Assembly: GCA_964252035.1 (NCBI GenBank)
Contig: OZ176210.1
Source: Podarcis erhardii
Lineage: Eukaryota
Direction: 5' to 3' (one strand)
Length of the DNA: 64,000 bases
The notes below the pieces were generated by a model. That model was given only the letters and a program-made list of their open reading frames with translations, made no database searches and was not told the DNA's origin. Positions 37,467 through 49,597 of this stretch are shown here, in pieces; within the stretch, counting starts at the first letter, position 1; each line of letters starts with the position of its first letter. The translations under genes and the position numbers were made by a program.

Positions 37467-39101
37467 GAAATTTTTGAGAATAGAAATAGGTATCAAGGCA
37501 TACAACATCCACACAGTTTTAATGAAAACTAATTACCAAGGGATAGATCAAACATAATGGTTAGTGCAAGAAGTAGGAGAGCTGGTGTGCTTGCACAGGC
37601 GATTTTCATTGTGCAAGTGATAGTGCAAGCAGAAGTATACAATAGGTTAACACTGTGTGCACTTCCACTGGCCTAAGCCATCCACTGGATTTGGGATTCC
37701 TGCAAGCAGATTGGCTGTTGTGTCAGTGGGCTGCCACAATTGGACCTCACTCCTAAATTCTACTTTATTCCCAAGCTTCCTAATATGCTATCCTGGTACT
37801 CAATCAAAATAAGATAAAAGGGAATCTGTTACCATTCCTAGTAAACCATGCGCCTTAAGAGTAAGCAAAATAAATATTAAAAATTGCATTGCTAAAGGGC
37901 TTTTTCCATTTTGACTGCAATCATAGTCAATCCCCTGCGGTATCTTTGACAATTTTAATAGGGTTCAATTTAGTCAACTTGAATATTGGGTTCATAGAAA
38001 CTATCAAGATAGTTAAGGGGCATCCCGTTTTACTCTTTTCCTCCAACTAATGTAGATGATTACTATCTATGCAGATATCTAAAACATATGCAATTGATAG
38101 AATTGCATCAATTCTAGAAAGGTGCACTAGATGCAATAAATAAAATTGTGAGTGCTTGAATTTATAATTGTGGGTAATTGAGTCCTTACAGGAGCTTGTA
38201 TTTGGACTCCCTGTCAAAGATAAAGCAACTATACCAATTCTACATGAAATCGGGAAAACCAGTTTCATGGTGAATTCTAGAAAACTGTACATGAAAAAAT
38301 TAGCTTCATCTTGTGTGATCCTTATTGTTCCTTCATTTTTTTTATTTTTTAAAAAACCTTGCAATTAAAAGAAACCAAGAGGTCACACAGCAGCTATCTA
38401 TACATTCTTTGAAATGGCACACTGATCTCCATGTGCTAGCTGGCATACAGAGGAAATTACACCGAAGAAATATGCTATTATTTTGAAGAAAACTTGCTTA
38501 TATTATCTAAAGCCCATTCTATAGGGTCACATCCAACATCACTTTTTCATTCACACTGCCCATAAGTGCAAGCCTTTAATGTGGAAATAGCTTGACGCAA
38601 AATAGCTTGACGCAAAATGATTCAAACAAGGCTAGAAAGTTGGGTTAAAAATAAAACGTCAGTTTTAAATGCATGGGCAACCAAGCATCCTGGCTTGTTC
38701 CAGCCCTCCTTCCAGGAACTAAGAGGTTGGCTACACAGACAGTATGTCAAATGGTAAAACTATTCCTGGACTGTATCAGCTCAGATTGTTGATAGTTATG
38801 TGACTGAATGCTCTGCTCCCTCCTCTCCAAACCCCCAAAGATTTATGAACACAGTACACTTGTATTAAGAAAAAGTGTTCTGTTCCAGCCTGCTCTTCAA
38901 CATCTACCCTCCAAGGAACAGGAATTTTTATTATTATTATTTCTGCGCATAGCATGGGATACCGCCACCATTATCTCCAGGTCAACTTAGTAAAAACATA
39001 AATAAATCCTAGCCAGTTTTAACCCTGTGTTCTCCTGTCTGGCTGTGAAGCCATGCATATTCTATTTGAGTAATCATTCCTTCATTGTCTCATTTCATAT
39101 A

Positions 39102-39343
39102 CAGCAGTACCTCAGGTTACAGACGCCTCAGGTTACAGACACTTCAGGTTACAGACTCCGGTAACCCAGAAACAGTACCTCAGGTTAAGAACTTTACCTC
39201 AGGATGAGAACAGAAATTGAGTGGTGGTGGCGCAGCGGTGGCGGGAGGCCCCATTAGCTAAAGTGGTACCTCAGGTTAAGAACAGTTTCAGGTTAAGAAC
39301 AGACCTCCAGAACGAATTAAGTTCTTAACCCAAGGTACCACTG
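39102..39343 (+). mobile_element. Tigger-like MITE, complete
   Basis: TA-cagcagtacctcaggtta...taacccaaggtaccactg-TA. Confidence 0.9.
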
Positions 39344-39373
39344 TACTGAAAAAAGACTAAATGATATTAAAGA

Positions 39374-39547
39374 AAGAAGCTACCCTGTACCATTGGTCCA
39401 CTTAGCTCAGTACTGTCTACACTGACCGACAGCAGTTTTCCAACATTTCAGAAGAAAGTCATTTGAAGCCTACCTGAAGATGCCTAGGATTGAGCCAAAG
39501 ACCTTCTTCAGGCAAAGTAATTGCTCTACTAGCTTGTATGGCCCTCC
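39374..39547 (-). mobile_element. Decayed tRNA-Ala-derived SINE
   Basis: Similar to 33101-33249 (cattggtcca..tagctcagtactgtctacac..gaccttct..gctctac). Confidence 0.6.
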
Positions 39548-41841
39548 TACTATCACGCTGGTATGGTCCTTCCAGCATAGCCCTTTAGATTCTGTCCAAT
39601 ACACCACCACCAGAAATAAAAGATTTTTTTTTAAAAAAAAACCCTTTCTCTTGAGGCACCTAAAATTCATAATTTTATTTTGATGCTCAGCATTAATCAG
39701 ATGCTCGTGTTAACAAGAATGAACACGTTTCCCACCCCATGCAAGCCCTTCTTGCTTCCTTGATCAATTCTTTGGTCACGTATAAGTATTTTGCTACTGG
39801 GCTTTGGTACTTGGCTGTGCTCTTGAAGATGTTGCTATCCTTTAAGTGTTTTACAGGGAAGGGGGGAAAATCAATATTGCCTTGAGGCAGCACATCAACA
39901 GATCCTTTTAAGAGATGCTTGTGCTATGATAAAAGAAAGGAAGTTGTTCAGGTTCTACGTAGACCTCAGACATATACCTTATTTTACCACCAACCTGGCA
40001 AAACTGATCCCGCAGATTCTTTTATCAGGAGAAACTTACCGGTACTTATCACTTGCCCCTGTGTGTCAGTAAGAGCACCCTGAGCGTTCTGTGGCAAAGC
40101 TTACTTCCTGGACACAATGGCCATAAACAAAGTGAGTTGTTGGTGTAACTCAAGTCCTGAAAATAAATCATTTTGCCCTGCCTTAAACACAGTTTTGAAA
40201 AGGCTTGTTTTGTTATCCATTTAAAATATAACTGCACATAAAAACAGCAGCTTGGGTGGACATGGATTGATGCACTATTCAAGTCTTTAGTACTTCTAAA
40301 GTTGGACTCTATGGCTCAATTTGTTCAGTTTGTCCAGATTTCATCACCATCCAACCAATGATGCATTTACAGTCAACATTTCCTTTCCCAAACTCCAAGC
40401 ACTGCACCAGCCAAAGTTTCATTTAATGTTGTTGAGAAGGGGGAGGCAACATTGCCTTGAAAATCTCCCAGAGAAGTAGGCTGTTGTATTAGAACAAACA
40501 GCAGCTTGTTTCTATCGCTCCTTTGTTTGACAAGTTTGAGCTGGCTAGAAAGGTCATTTGTGCCTCAAAACATCAAATTAACATTTGGAGGACATGAATT
40601 TTAAAAATGTCTATTTGGTTCTGCTTTCTGAATTCCTAATCTTTTTTTAAAAAAATAAAAAAATAAAAATCTGACTTAGCCAAGAACCAAAAGGAAAATA
40701 GTCTTTCCTCAAGCAAACCAAGCATTGATTTTATGTCCATGTCAGCAGAAGCCAACTATATCTTAATTAAACTTCATTTTTAAACAGGTTTTAAGCCAGT
40801 TGGCTGAAGTGATGTCAACACCATGGAACAGTGTAGAAGGAAAATCACTGTTTCATCACCACTGGAGAACTCTTCAATAGTTCATACACAACATTAATAA
40901 AGGTTTCCTGGCCCTTTAAAGCAAGTACCACACCAGATTCTGTGTGGAATCCCTACAAAGCCTAAACTTTTAAGCAATTTAGTTGAAGAGTTACCCGATA
41001 CTGCCCCTAACAACCTTCAGAATTTCTGCAAGTCTTCTAAAGCCAACTTTCAGACCCAGGATCCACCCGACCTACAACAGAACCGACTCAATTTACACAA
41101 CAAATTTCCATTCTCCTATGTCTGCTCTGGCTCTCAGTCTTTTCTTAAAAACAAACAAATTAACAAGGATGGCAACCACTGACACAACCAAATTTAGATC
41201 AGGATGTGACTTGGTTCAGGGTCAAAACTTGCCAGCTGAAGACCAGGGCTTCAGGTAAAGGGATTCTAATTATACTAGTAAGGTACCTCAAATTCAGAGC
41301 TGGCAAACTTAACATTACTTTAAAAATGCCAACTTTTTCTACTACAGGATTTCCCCCATAATCACTTATTTAAACTTTCCATCCAAGCTAAATGTCCCCT
41401 CCCCAATTTAAGTACTTGACACCAAACATACAGCAATCAGCTCCCTAGTGGGATGCGTAATGAACATAGCTATCTGCTTGATACCTGCCAGACACACACA
41501 GCACCTTTTGCAACAAACTAGTGTCGCAACACCCAAGTTCACAATTCCTCTTAAAAAAAGCTCAAGGATGAGCATTCCACAGTGATATAGACAATGAACA
41601 TGTACCAATTCTCATTTGAAAAGCTTCTGGCTTAATTAGTAATGTGTACAGAACTGTCTGTGCAGACAAAGAACACCCTGAACAGGCATTTGCAATTCAG
41701 TACATTTCTTTCGATTTCCAAAACCAACAAGTATTTGCATTTGTTAGAAAAGAAAATGGTGCCTTCAGTATACCCATCTCCACTTGCTACTGGGAAAGAC
41801 ACAGCAAGCCCAACTATTTAATCTGGTGTATAAATCTGTTG

Positions 41842-41970
41842 GGATGCCGGGGGTGCTGTGGGTTAAACCACAGAGCCTAGGACTTGCCGATCAGAAGGTC
41901 AGCGGTTCGAATCCCCGCGACGGGGTGAGCTCCCGTTGCTCGGTCCCTGCTCCTGCCAACCTAGCAGTTC
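41842..41970 (+). mobile_element. Sauria SINE 5' half
   Basis: Matches the first ~130 nt of the other copies and breaks off after ctagcagttc. Confidence 0.88.
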
Positions 41971-42072
41971 CCAGGTCCTAGTCCAACTCTCTAAACAGTA
42001 TACCACACTACGTGGACTCTAAGCTTTATAAATTTACTTTATAAATCTGTTGCCAAATTTGTTCTTCTGTGC

Positions 42073-42428
42073 AAAGGTAAAGGTAAAGGGACCCCTGACC
42101 ATTAGGTCCAGTCGTGGCCGACTCTGGGGTTGTGGCGCTCATCTTGCTTTATTGGCTGAGGAAGCCAGTGTACAGCTTCCGGGTCATGTGGCCAGCATGA
42201 CTAAGCCGCTTCTGGAGAACCAGAGCAGGGCACGGAAACACCATTTACCTTGACACCAGAGTGGTACCTATTTATCTACTTGCACTTTGAGGTGCTTTCA
42301 AACTGCTAGGTTGGCAGGAGCAGGGACCGAGCAACGGGAGCTCACCCTGTCGCGGGGATTCGAACCGCTGACCTTCTGATCGGCAAGCCCTAGGCTCTGT
42401 GGTTTAACCCACAGCACTACTTGCATCC
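42073..42428 (-). mobile_element. Sauria SINE, full length, the only minus-strand copy in the window
   Basis: Starts aaaggtaaaggtaaagggacccctgacc and ends ggtttaacccacagcac..gcatcc, the reverse complement of the consensus. Confidence 0.93.
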
Positions 42429-42981
42429 TCATCAGAAATAGCTACATCTCACTTGCAAAACCACTGGGGGGTAAATGTGGGAGACAGTGTTGTTTTATAG
42501 CAAAGCTTGCTCAAAAGGGGATCAGGTAACAACTGTAAGCTCCTCCATAAGTCACCTCTAATTTTACATCAAAGATGCATTCTATTTCCTGCTGAGATGT
42601 ATTGTCAGTCAAGGATGTGATATTGTTACCATATTTCCCAGTAACGCTAAGGATCATCAATATGGCATTCCCCTATTTGCATGGATTTCCATTTACCCTC
42701 AGAGGTATTTCAAAGCAGATTAGTCTTTCACTTCCTGCCCCAATACAAGGAGATGAAAGCTGACAAATTCTCCTTGTGGAAAATTTGTTTTTCAACACCA
42801 TCTACTCAGCTAAGACCCTTGGACAGAAAGTGCCATGTGGGTTTCAACGTTTTAAGAATAAAGGTGCTTCAAGGGTCCACCATGGCAATCTGCCAATGTG
42901 AAACCACTGGCTGGGCAAGGTGCCGGCTTGTAGTTATGCAGAAGCCTGTCTGGCAACATGACTTAGCTAGAGACTAACAGG

Positions 42982-43147
42982 CAGGCGTGCCAGGCTTTAT
43001 TTCACCCGGGTCAAAGACCCCGTTTGGCACACACACCCCATGCACATTTGCATACGCACAGGCTGGGAGCCTCAATGGCGCCCCTCTGGAGGCTTCATCC
43101 AGGAAAAAAACCCTGGCTACCCCACCACCACCATAGCTATGGCTCTG
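42982..43147. mobile_element. Possible hAT-type non-autonomous element
   Basis: 8-bp direct repeats ctaacagg at 42974-42981 and 43148-43155. Termini are CAG...CTG, but the TIRs are otherwise weak. Confidence 0.4.
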
Positions 43148-43370
43148 CTAACAGGTTATAAAGTTTCAAACAAAATGAAGATATTATAACCAAACAGTGC
43201 TTGGCAGAACACTGATGATCAAGACAGCTCTACCCAAATTGACGTTTTTCTTCCAGATCCTATTACGTTACTCCATATTTCAATAAAGGACATACGCTTT
43301 ATGAAGTTTACTAAGAAGGGCAAATTACAGAAACTTAGCAAAACTGTTCTACATAAACCAGCCAGAGAAT

Positions 43371-43828
43371 GGGAAGGCGGCCACCGAGACCATATAACAC
43401 CGGTCCTGAAAGACCTACATTGTCTCCCAGTATGTTTCCGAGCACAATTCAAAGCGTTGGTGCTGTCCTTTAAAGCCCTAAGCGGCCTCGGTCCAGTATA
43501 CCTGAAGGAGTGTCTCCACCCCCGTCATTCAGCCCGGACATTGAGGTCTAGCACTGAGGGCCTTCTGTCAGTTCCCTCACTGAGAGAAACAAAGCTACAG
43601 GAAACCAGGCAGAGGGCCTTCTCAGTAGTGGCACCCGCCCTGTGGAACACCCTCCCATCAGACGTGAAAGAGATAAACCACCTGACATTTAGAAGACATC
43701 TGAAGGCAGCCCTGTTTAGGGAAGTTTTTAATGTGTGACATTTTAATGTATTTTTAATCTTTGTTGGAAGCCACCCAGAGTGGCTGGGGAAACCCAGCTA
43801 GCCAGATTGGCGGGGTACAAATAATAAA

Positions 43829-43876
<48 letters not shown>
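43371..43876 (+). mobile_element. L2 LINE 3' end (ORF2 C-terminus, UTR, (ATT)n tail)
   Basis: Peptide RDHITPVLKDLHCLPVCFRAQFKALVLSFKAL.GLGP.YLKE..AFSVVAPALWNTLP. Confidence 0.93.
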
Positions 43877-43878
<2 letters not shown>

Positions 43879-44345
43879 ACCTTTTAGTTTAAACCATTCT
43901 TGTCACTTTTTCAAAGCCTGAATGTCCCTGCACAGAGTCTTCAAGTTATGTGCCCACAAATCCATTACTTGCCAACTTACCCCTTTGTGAAAAAAGATGC
44001 TCAGATTTCCATCTGCACTCTCTCTTGAAATTTCTTGCTTGTTCAGACCTCACCACAAGCAAGAGAGAACTCCCTCTCCCAAGAGTCCTCTGTACTTGCC
44101 AAAGGGGTTCAACTACAATATTTCTGGTCCTGAGATTTAGCATGAAACCTGCTACTCTCTTTTCTTAGCCACTTCGTCCCCCACCCGCAAGTCCTCTGGC
44201 AAGCACAGACTGGGGTTTGGGGAAGGCAAAAATAGCAGGAGCATATCCTAGTGTTCTTTTTTTTTTACTGTTCCTGTACCCTAGTACAAACGAGAGAAAT
44301 ATTAGGCGATAGTGTACACAAGTGGCACAAACCCTTACCCAGCCC

Positions 44346-44382
<37 letters not shown>

Positions 44383-45731
44383 ATATGAACCCAGAAACTA
44401 CGGTTTAGGCTTCGAAACCAGGAAAGCCTACAATCTGGAAAAATGACTTCAAAATATTTCAATTATTAAGTAAGAACAAGCCAAGATATGAAGCCATGAT
44501 TTACAGTGAGCTTAATAGCATGGCTTACCTTGAAACCATTAACCACATCTTCTCGGTTCCCATGTAATGGGGGACTGTGGTGAAGTGCTAAATTCTGGGT
44601 TAATTTGCCGCTTGTACAAAGGGGAAAGTAGAGTGGAAGGAAAGGGGCTGCTCATGGGGTCACATTGGTTGTGTATATCCTAGCTCAAGCCAGAGTGTTT
44701 GGCTTCACATTGTGTTTGTGTATGCACAACAACTGTGGAAGGCTTTTGGAGGAAACTCCCACCATTTCCCTTTTCTTAATCATCCCTTGTTCTGGATTAT
44801 GAGTGGATTATTTTTTTTTCAAAAAATATGAAATGCACGGATGATTTAGAAAACACTGTCAAAGGTCACCCCATCACTATTACTCCACTGCCAGAACAGC
44901 TTCAAAGCATTAGATCTTCCTGGCTTCAGTTACACCAAATTCACCACATTGCAACCAACCCTCATGTCACTCAGCAAGCCACGCAAGCTTTGACTAATTT
45001 CAAGAGGCTATGTGTTAATGCGACACCTGAAACCATAGGGCGAACTTCTTCTATTTATAACATGCTGGTATCTCTGATGACAGGGATGCTTTGCGGTTTG
45101 AAAACCTCTTCTGGGGGTCCAAATCTGTCCCTGTTTACAAATGGTCACTAATTTGAAATAACAACTTCTTCTCAAATCTGTCCTGACTGCAGTGTGGGGA
45201 TCTTTCTTGAAATTGATAAGACAAAGGTAACTTAGCCACTTTGACTCTACCGCATCTGTCTCACTTACATGTTGGTGGGGATATAGGGAAAAGACTCTTA
45301 CCCTCATGTGTGGTAGAGATGATGAGATGTGGCTGTTTTTCTCTAAGATGGTTCATTATTCCCCACAACAAGAGCTTAAGAGGATTCTCTGGTCTTAACT
45401 TTGTACTAGGAACAGCATGCAGTGGTTGCACAGGAAGATCTCATTACTTTATGAGCTACAGCATACACAGAAATCTAATACTGGATATCTCCAGATCCTT
45501 AATGTCTACAAAACTGGTTCAACAAGGTTTGGTATCTGACCCTCTTAGAGAAATGAAAGCATTACATCAGGCTACCAAGACGTGTGTGGTTATATCAAAC
45601 ATTTCAGCTTATTTCCATCTATTTCCTGTGTTGACAAGAACCCATCATTCCCATGCCTACTCTTGGCTCGTTTATTGCTTTGGTAACATGGCCTTAAGGT
45701 TTAATTGTTTATTTGTGTGTATCGCCTTGAC

Positions 45732-45763
<32 letters not shown>

Positions 45764-47951
45764 TTCCACCCAGACACTTTCTCCAGCTCTATCTCTAATA
45801 TAGTGGTTCTCAAGGCAAGAGGTGGATCTCCTGGAAAACGCATGGTTTCTCCAGGGAGCAATGAGTGTTAAACTGCTGCTAATAAGCACCTTGATTGAGC
45901 CTGAAGGCAGGGTTCCAAGTATCAGTACAACATAGGAAACTATGTTCCCTCCTCGTAGTACCTATGAGTTCTACACCTTCGTTTCTTTTCCCCACAGGCT
46001 AAATAGTGCTGACAGTACAGGGTGAACAATGTCATCTTGCCTTACTTTCATAAGCTTGCCTTGGGCAAACTGACTATGCAAAAGGGTTTGTGCTCCCCTA
46101 TACTAGCAGAAAGACCTCAATATTACCAAGTCTGGCTCAAAATATTTTGCTAGCTTGAGTTTCTGAAGACAGCTGTGCTCCTCTCATTTACCAACACATG
46201 AACATTTGTTAAGATCAGTATTCTTTTCTCATCCACACACTTTAATGGGCTTAACAGAGATGTTCTGTTCTTCAGGATTCCTGCACATGTTTTTTTCCCC
46301 TTGGTGCAATGTGTTTTCCCCTGCTTAACGAAAAAAGAGGCACCTGTTTCCTCAACAGCCTGAAAGATCATTGAGCTTCACTCACTATGACAAAGAAACT
46401 TTGTGTTGTAGGCAAGATACTTGATACCACACAAAGCAACTCCCCTAGACATACAAGGCCCTTTAAAAAATGAAGAAAAGAATTTGAAGTCTGTCATCTT
46501 GTTAGCAGCTGGAGCAATATGCATTCCAGAAGGATCCAATACTGCTAGAGAGACACGGGAAATGGCAGAGCAGTCAAGACCACTGTTATAGGCAAAATTA
46601 AATTGTGTTTCATAAAACAAGTCCATTTAGTTAAAGGTATTTAAAAAGGTGGTCCTATTTTTACAGATTTATGGACATTACTGTAGGTTGGCTCGTCATT
46701 TAATTGAGAAATGTTATATTCTAAGCTTTAATTCTGGTAGAGGTTTTGGTTGTCCAACTTCTTTAAGGTGCTGCTGAGCAGCTTATTGGAATGAACTTCA
46801 CCAGAGTAGGATAGTTCCTCTTTTATGAAATATCATTTTTGGAAGAACCACATAATAAAAAGGGGAGTGGATTCCTTGGGACAGTCTCTTTGATGAGGTA
46901 TAAAGTTGAGAACCAAGTACCTTCAACTTCTTTCCCAACTGTTTAACACATTTATGTATTTAAACATTTACATGGATCAAAAAAAGACACTGCTTCTCAT
47001 GAGCAAGAATTTTACTATTAATTAAATTTATATCCCCACTTCCTCCCAAAGAAGCCCAGGGCAGCAAACAAGTGACATCTTAAAGACAACTTAAAATGGC
47101 ATCTGAAAAACATCTTAAAGGCAAGTCCAACACAGATGCAGACCGGGAAAGACTTTTAATTTCCGAAATTTACATCTAGAATTTTGACGGCCAGTTGATA
47201 TTCCCAGGACAATTCAAGGACTGGAATCTTTCCTCCCTGACTTCCCCTCCTGCCTACAGAATAGATTTCTGTTTCCTGGAAATATAGTTCCCAGGTACTT
47301 TCATATGCAAAATATCTACCATATGGGTTTTGTCTGCTTCACAGTCCTCAGAAGATGTGTCTAAACCCGAACATTTTGAACTCAATCTGGTAAACAAAGC
47401 AAAATCAGTCAAGTATCTGTTTTTCAAGTACAATTTCCTCTAAAAGGTATCACATTCCCCCCCCCACACACACATGTAGTTCAGTTTTTGAGCACATAGC
47501 GAATTTTGGGACACCTTCCACATTCCAAACCACTACTAGCATAACTGGGCATGAGTGCTTGTCCCAGTTCACCAGAGACCCCGAAGCCCTCCTCACTGCC
47601 TTCTTCCCTTTCCCCAAACCCCATCGGGAGGTGGCAATGGAAGGCTCTTGCTTCCATCATGCCCTAAAATATTGCTCCAGTAACGCTGTGTAGCCAGGAA
47701 CTTTGGGATGGTTAAGCTGGGTTCAAAGACATACTGGAGACACCAGTTCAGGTTATCACCAAGTTACTTTAATGGGGAAGAGCAGAGAGCAGTAACAGCA
47801 GCAAGCGGATGAACCTATTCTAAGCCAGGCTGAACTTTGAAGAAGTTTGGGCACAATTTAGAACGTGTTTGGGGTTCCCAGCTTGGAGAGGACACAACAG
47901 TTTCCAGTCTGCCGGTTGCCAACTTTAGCATGTAACTAACTGGGAATACCT

Positions 47952-48303
47952 GGGACGCGGGTGGCGGAGTGGGTTAAACCACAGAGCCTAGGACCTGCCG
48001 ATCAGAAAGTCGGCGGTTTGAATCCCCACGACGGGGTGAGCTCCCGTTGCTCAGTCCCTGTTCCTGCCAACCTAGCAGTTCGAAAACACGTCAAAGTGCA
48101 AGTAGATAAATAGGTACCGCTCCGGCAGGAAGATAAACGACGTTTCCGTGCGCTGCTCTGGTTCACCAGAAGCGGCTTAGTCATGCTGGCCACATGACCC
48201 AGGAGCTGTATGCCGGCTCCCTCGGCCAATAAAGCGAGATAAGCGCCGCAACCCCAGAGTCGGTCACGGCTGGACATAATGGTCAGGGGTCCCTTTACCT
48301 TTT
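47952..48303 (+). mobile_element. Sauria SINE, full length
   Basis: Consensus match from gggacgcgggtggcg to ccctttaccttt. Confidence 0.93.
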
Positions 48304-49437
48304 TAACTGGGCGTACAAAACAACTGGTGGATGACATTTGGCTCAGTGGGTTATGAGTTGTGCTGGCCAGGCACAGGGCATTTCATTCTAAATGCGGCTG
48401 ATTTTTCCATTTTTTTAATGCTGCAGTGAAACACGTGGAGCAGCCAGGCTACCTTTTAGATGGCAGAAGCCACTGAAGCCTCACAAAATTCCTCTAAACC
48501 TGTGAATGCGACTGCTGAATGATTAAACCATACCTTTTATAGCCAACCTCTGCAATGCATGTTACCACCATATGGACATAAAGTGTACTTGCACATCCTT
48601 ATTTTCCCATCAGATGTCCTTTCCTTCTCAAAAGTTGTGCAATGGAGCATGCACACAAATCTGGGTCATGAAGATGAAAGCAGCTTGATTAACTATTCAT
48701 GTTTGAAAATCGGCAAGCAAAGCAAACTTTGTTTCAGCAGTGAAACGGATTCCGATTTTGAAGTAGCTTCTATATAAATGTCTCATTTGTACCATAGATT
48801 TCAGCTACATAACATTCTACTAATCAAATTAGAAGCGACAAAGGAAATTAACTCTCGATGGCAAGGAGGTTTCTGTTTCTGTGGCCAAAACACATTTTAT
48901 AAAAAGACACTTTTGGAAGGCTGCTTTAGCAAAAAGCTCAGCCAAAGCCCTAGCGTAGGCTGCTGTCTGTCTTTAACATTTGCAAGAGTCACGTTGTGGG
49001 TGGGAGAGAATACAAAAATGGCATAGCATGTTCCAACCAAAAAGGCGAATACCCAAAAACTCAAGCAGAACAAACAGTTCCTATCTGCCCTGCACACGCA
49101 CAAACACCTCTGCAATAACCTTCTTGTCACCACAGCTCCTAGTTGTGAAGGAATCTCATCTTCGCCCCCTGCTTTCTCTACCCTCGCCGAGCCCCTGAAG
49201 AGCCGCACTTGAAATCAATGCTCTAATGGCCTCATTTTCCAGAGTTATGTCAAGAAAAATAAGGCAGCACGCAGATAGATCAAGGCAAGCCAATAAACAG
49301 TGTTTCGGAGAGAGGAGGAGACTGGGAGTGCTAGATTAATATGAAGTTTCCATAGAAAAGTCATAAAGAAAGCAAGACGCCAATGTTCCGAGTTCAGCTA
49401 CAGAAGAGGAAACTGCAGCTTCACTCTTCCTGCCATG

Positions 49438-49439
<2 letters not shown>

Positions 49440-49471
<32 letters not shown>

Positions 49472-49507
49472 ACACATATATATACACACAGAGAGAGAGA
49501 GAGAGAG
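49440..49507. repeat. Compound (TG)n-(AC/AT)n-(AG)n microsatellite
   Basis: Seen directly. The (TG)n part could form Z-DNA. Confidence 0.95.
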
Positions 49508-49583
49508 CGCCAGCCAGCCAGCCTACACAGGGCCCCTCCCATCCACACTGTCAGTCTGGCCTGGCCCTCAGCTGAACTGCCTG

Positions 49584-49597
49584 TGCTGACGTCAGCT
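49584..49597. promoter_or_regulatory. Palindromic CRE / near-perfect C-MARE site
   Basis: TGCTGACGTCAGCT contains the full CRE TGACGTCA within a 12-bp palindrome and matches the C-MARE TGCTGACGTCAGCA at 13 of 14 positions. Function is not shown. Confidence 0.4.

Noticed and set aside
37870-38160. Possible very old L1 RT remnant (VSL..FNRV, KGHPVLLF, ITIYADI)
   Set aside because: The motifs need several frameshifts and deletions to align, so I cannot support the call without an HMM search.
38586-38617. 15-bp tandem duplication aatagcttgacgcaa, and a similar ~27-bp duplication at ~20253-20300
   Set aside because: Ordinary replication slippage or a CR1 tail-associated duplication.
40250-40350. 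Possible C/D-box snoRNA starts (RTGATGA on the minus strand, also near 57776)
   Set aside because: No terminal CTGA D box with a closing stem at a suitable distance.
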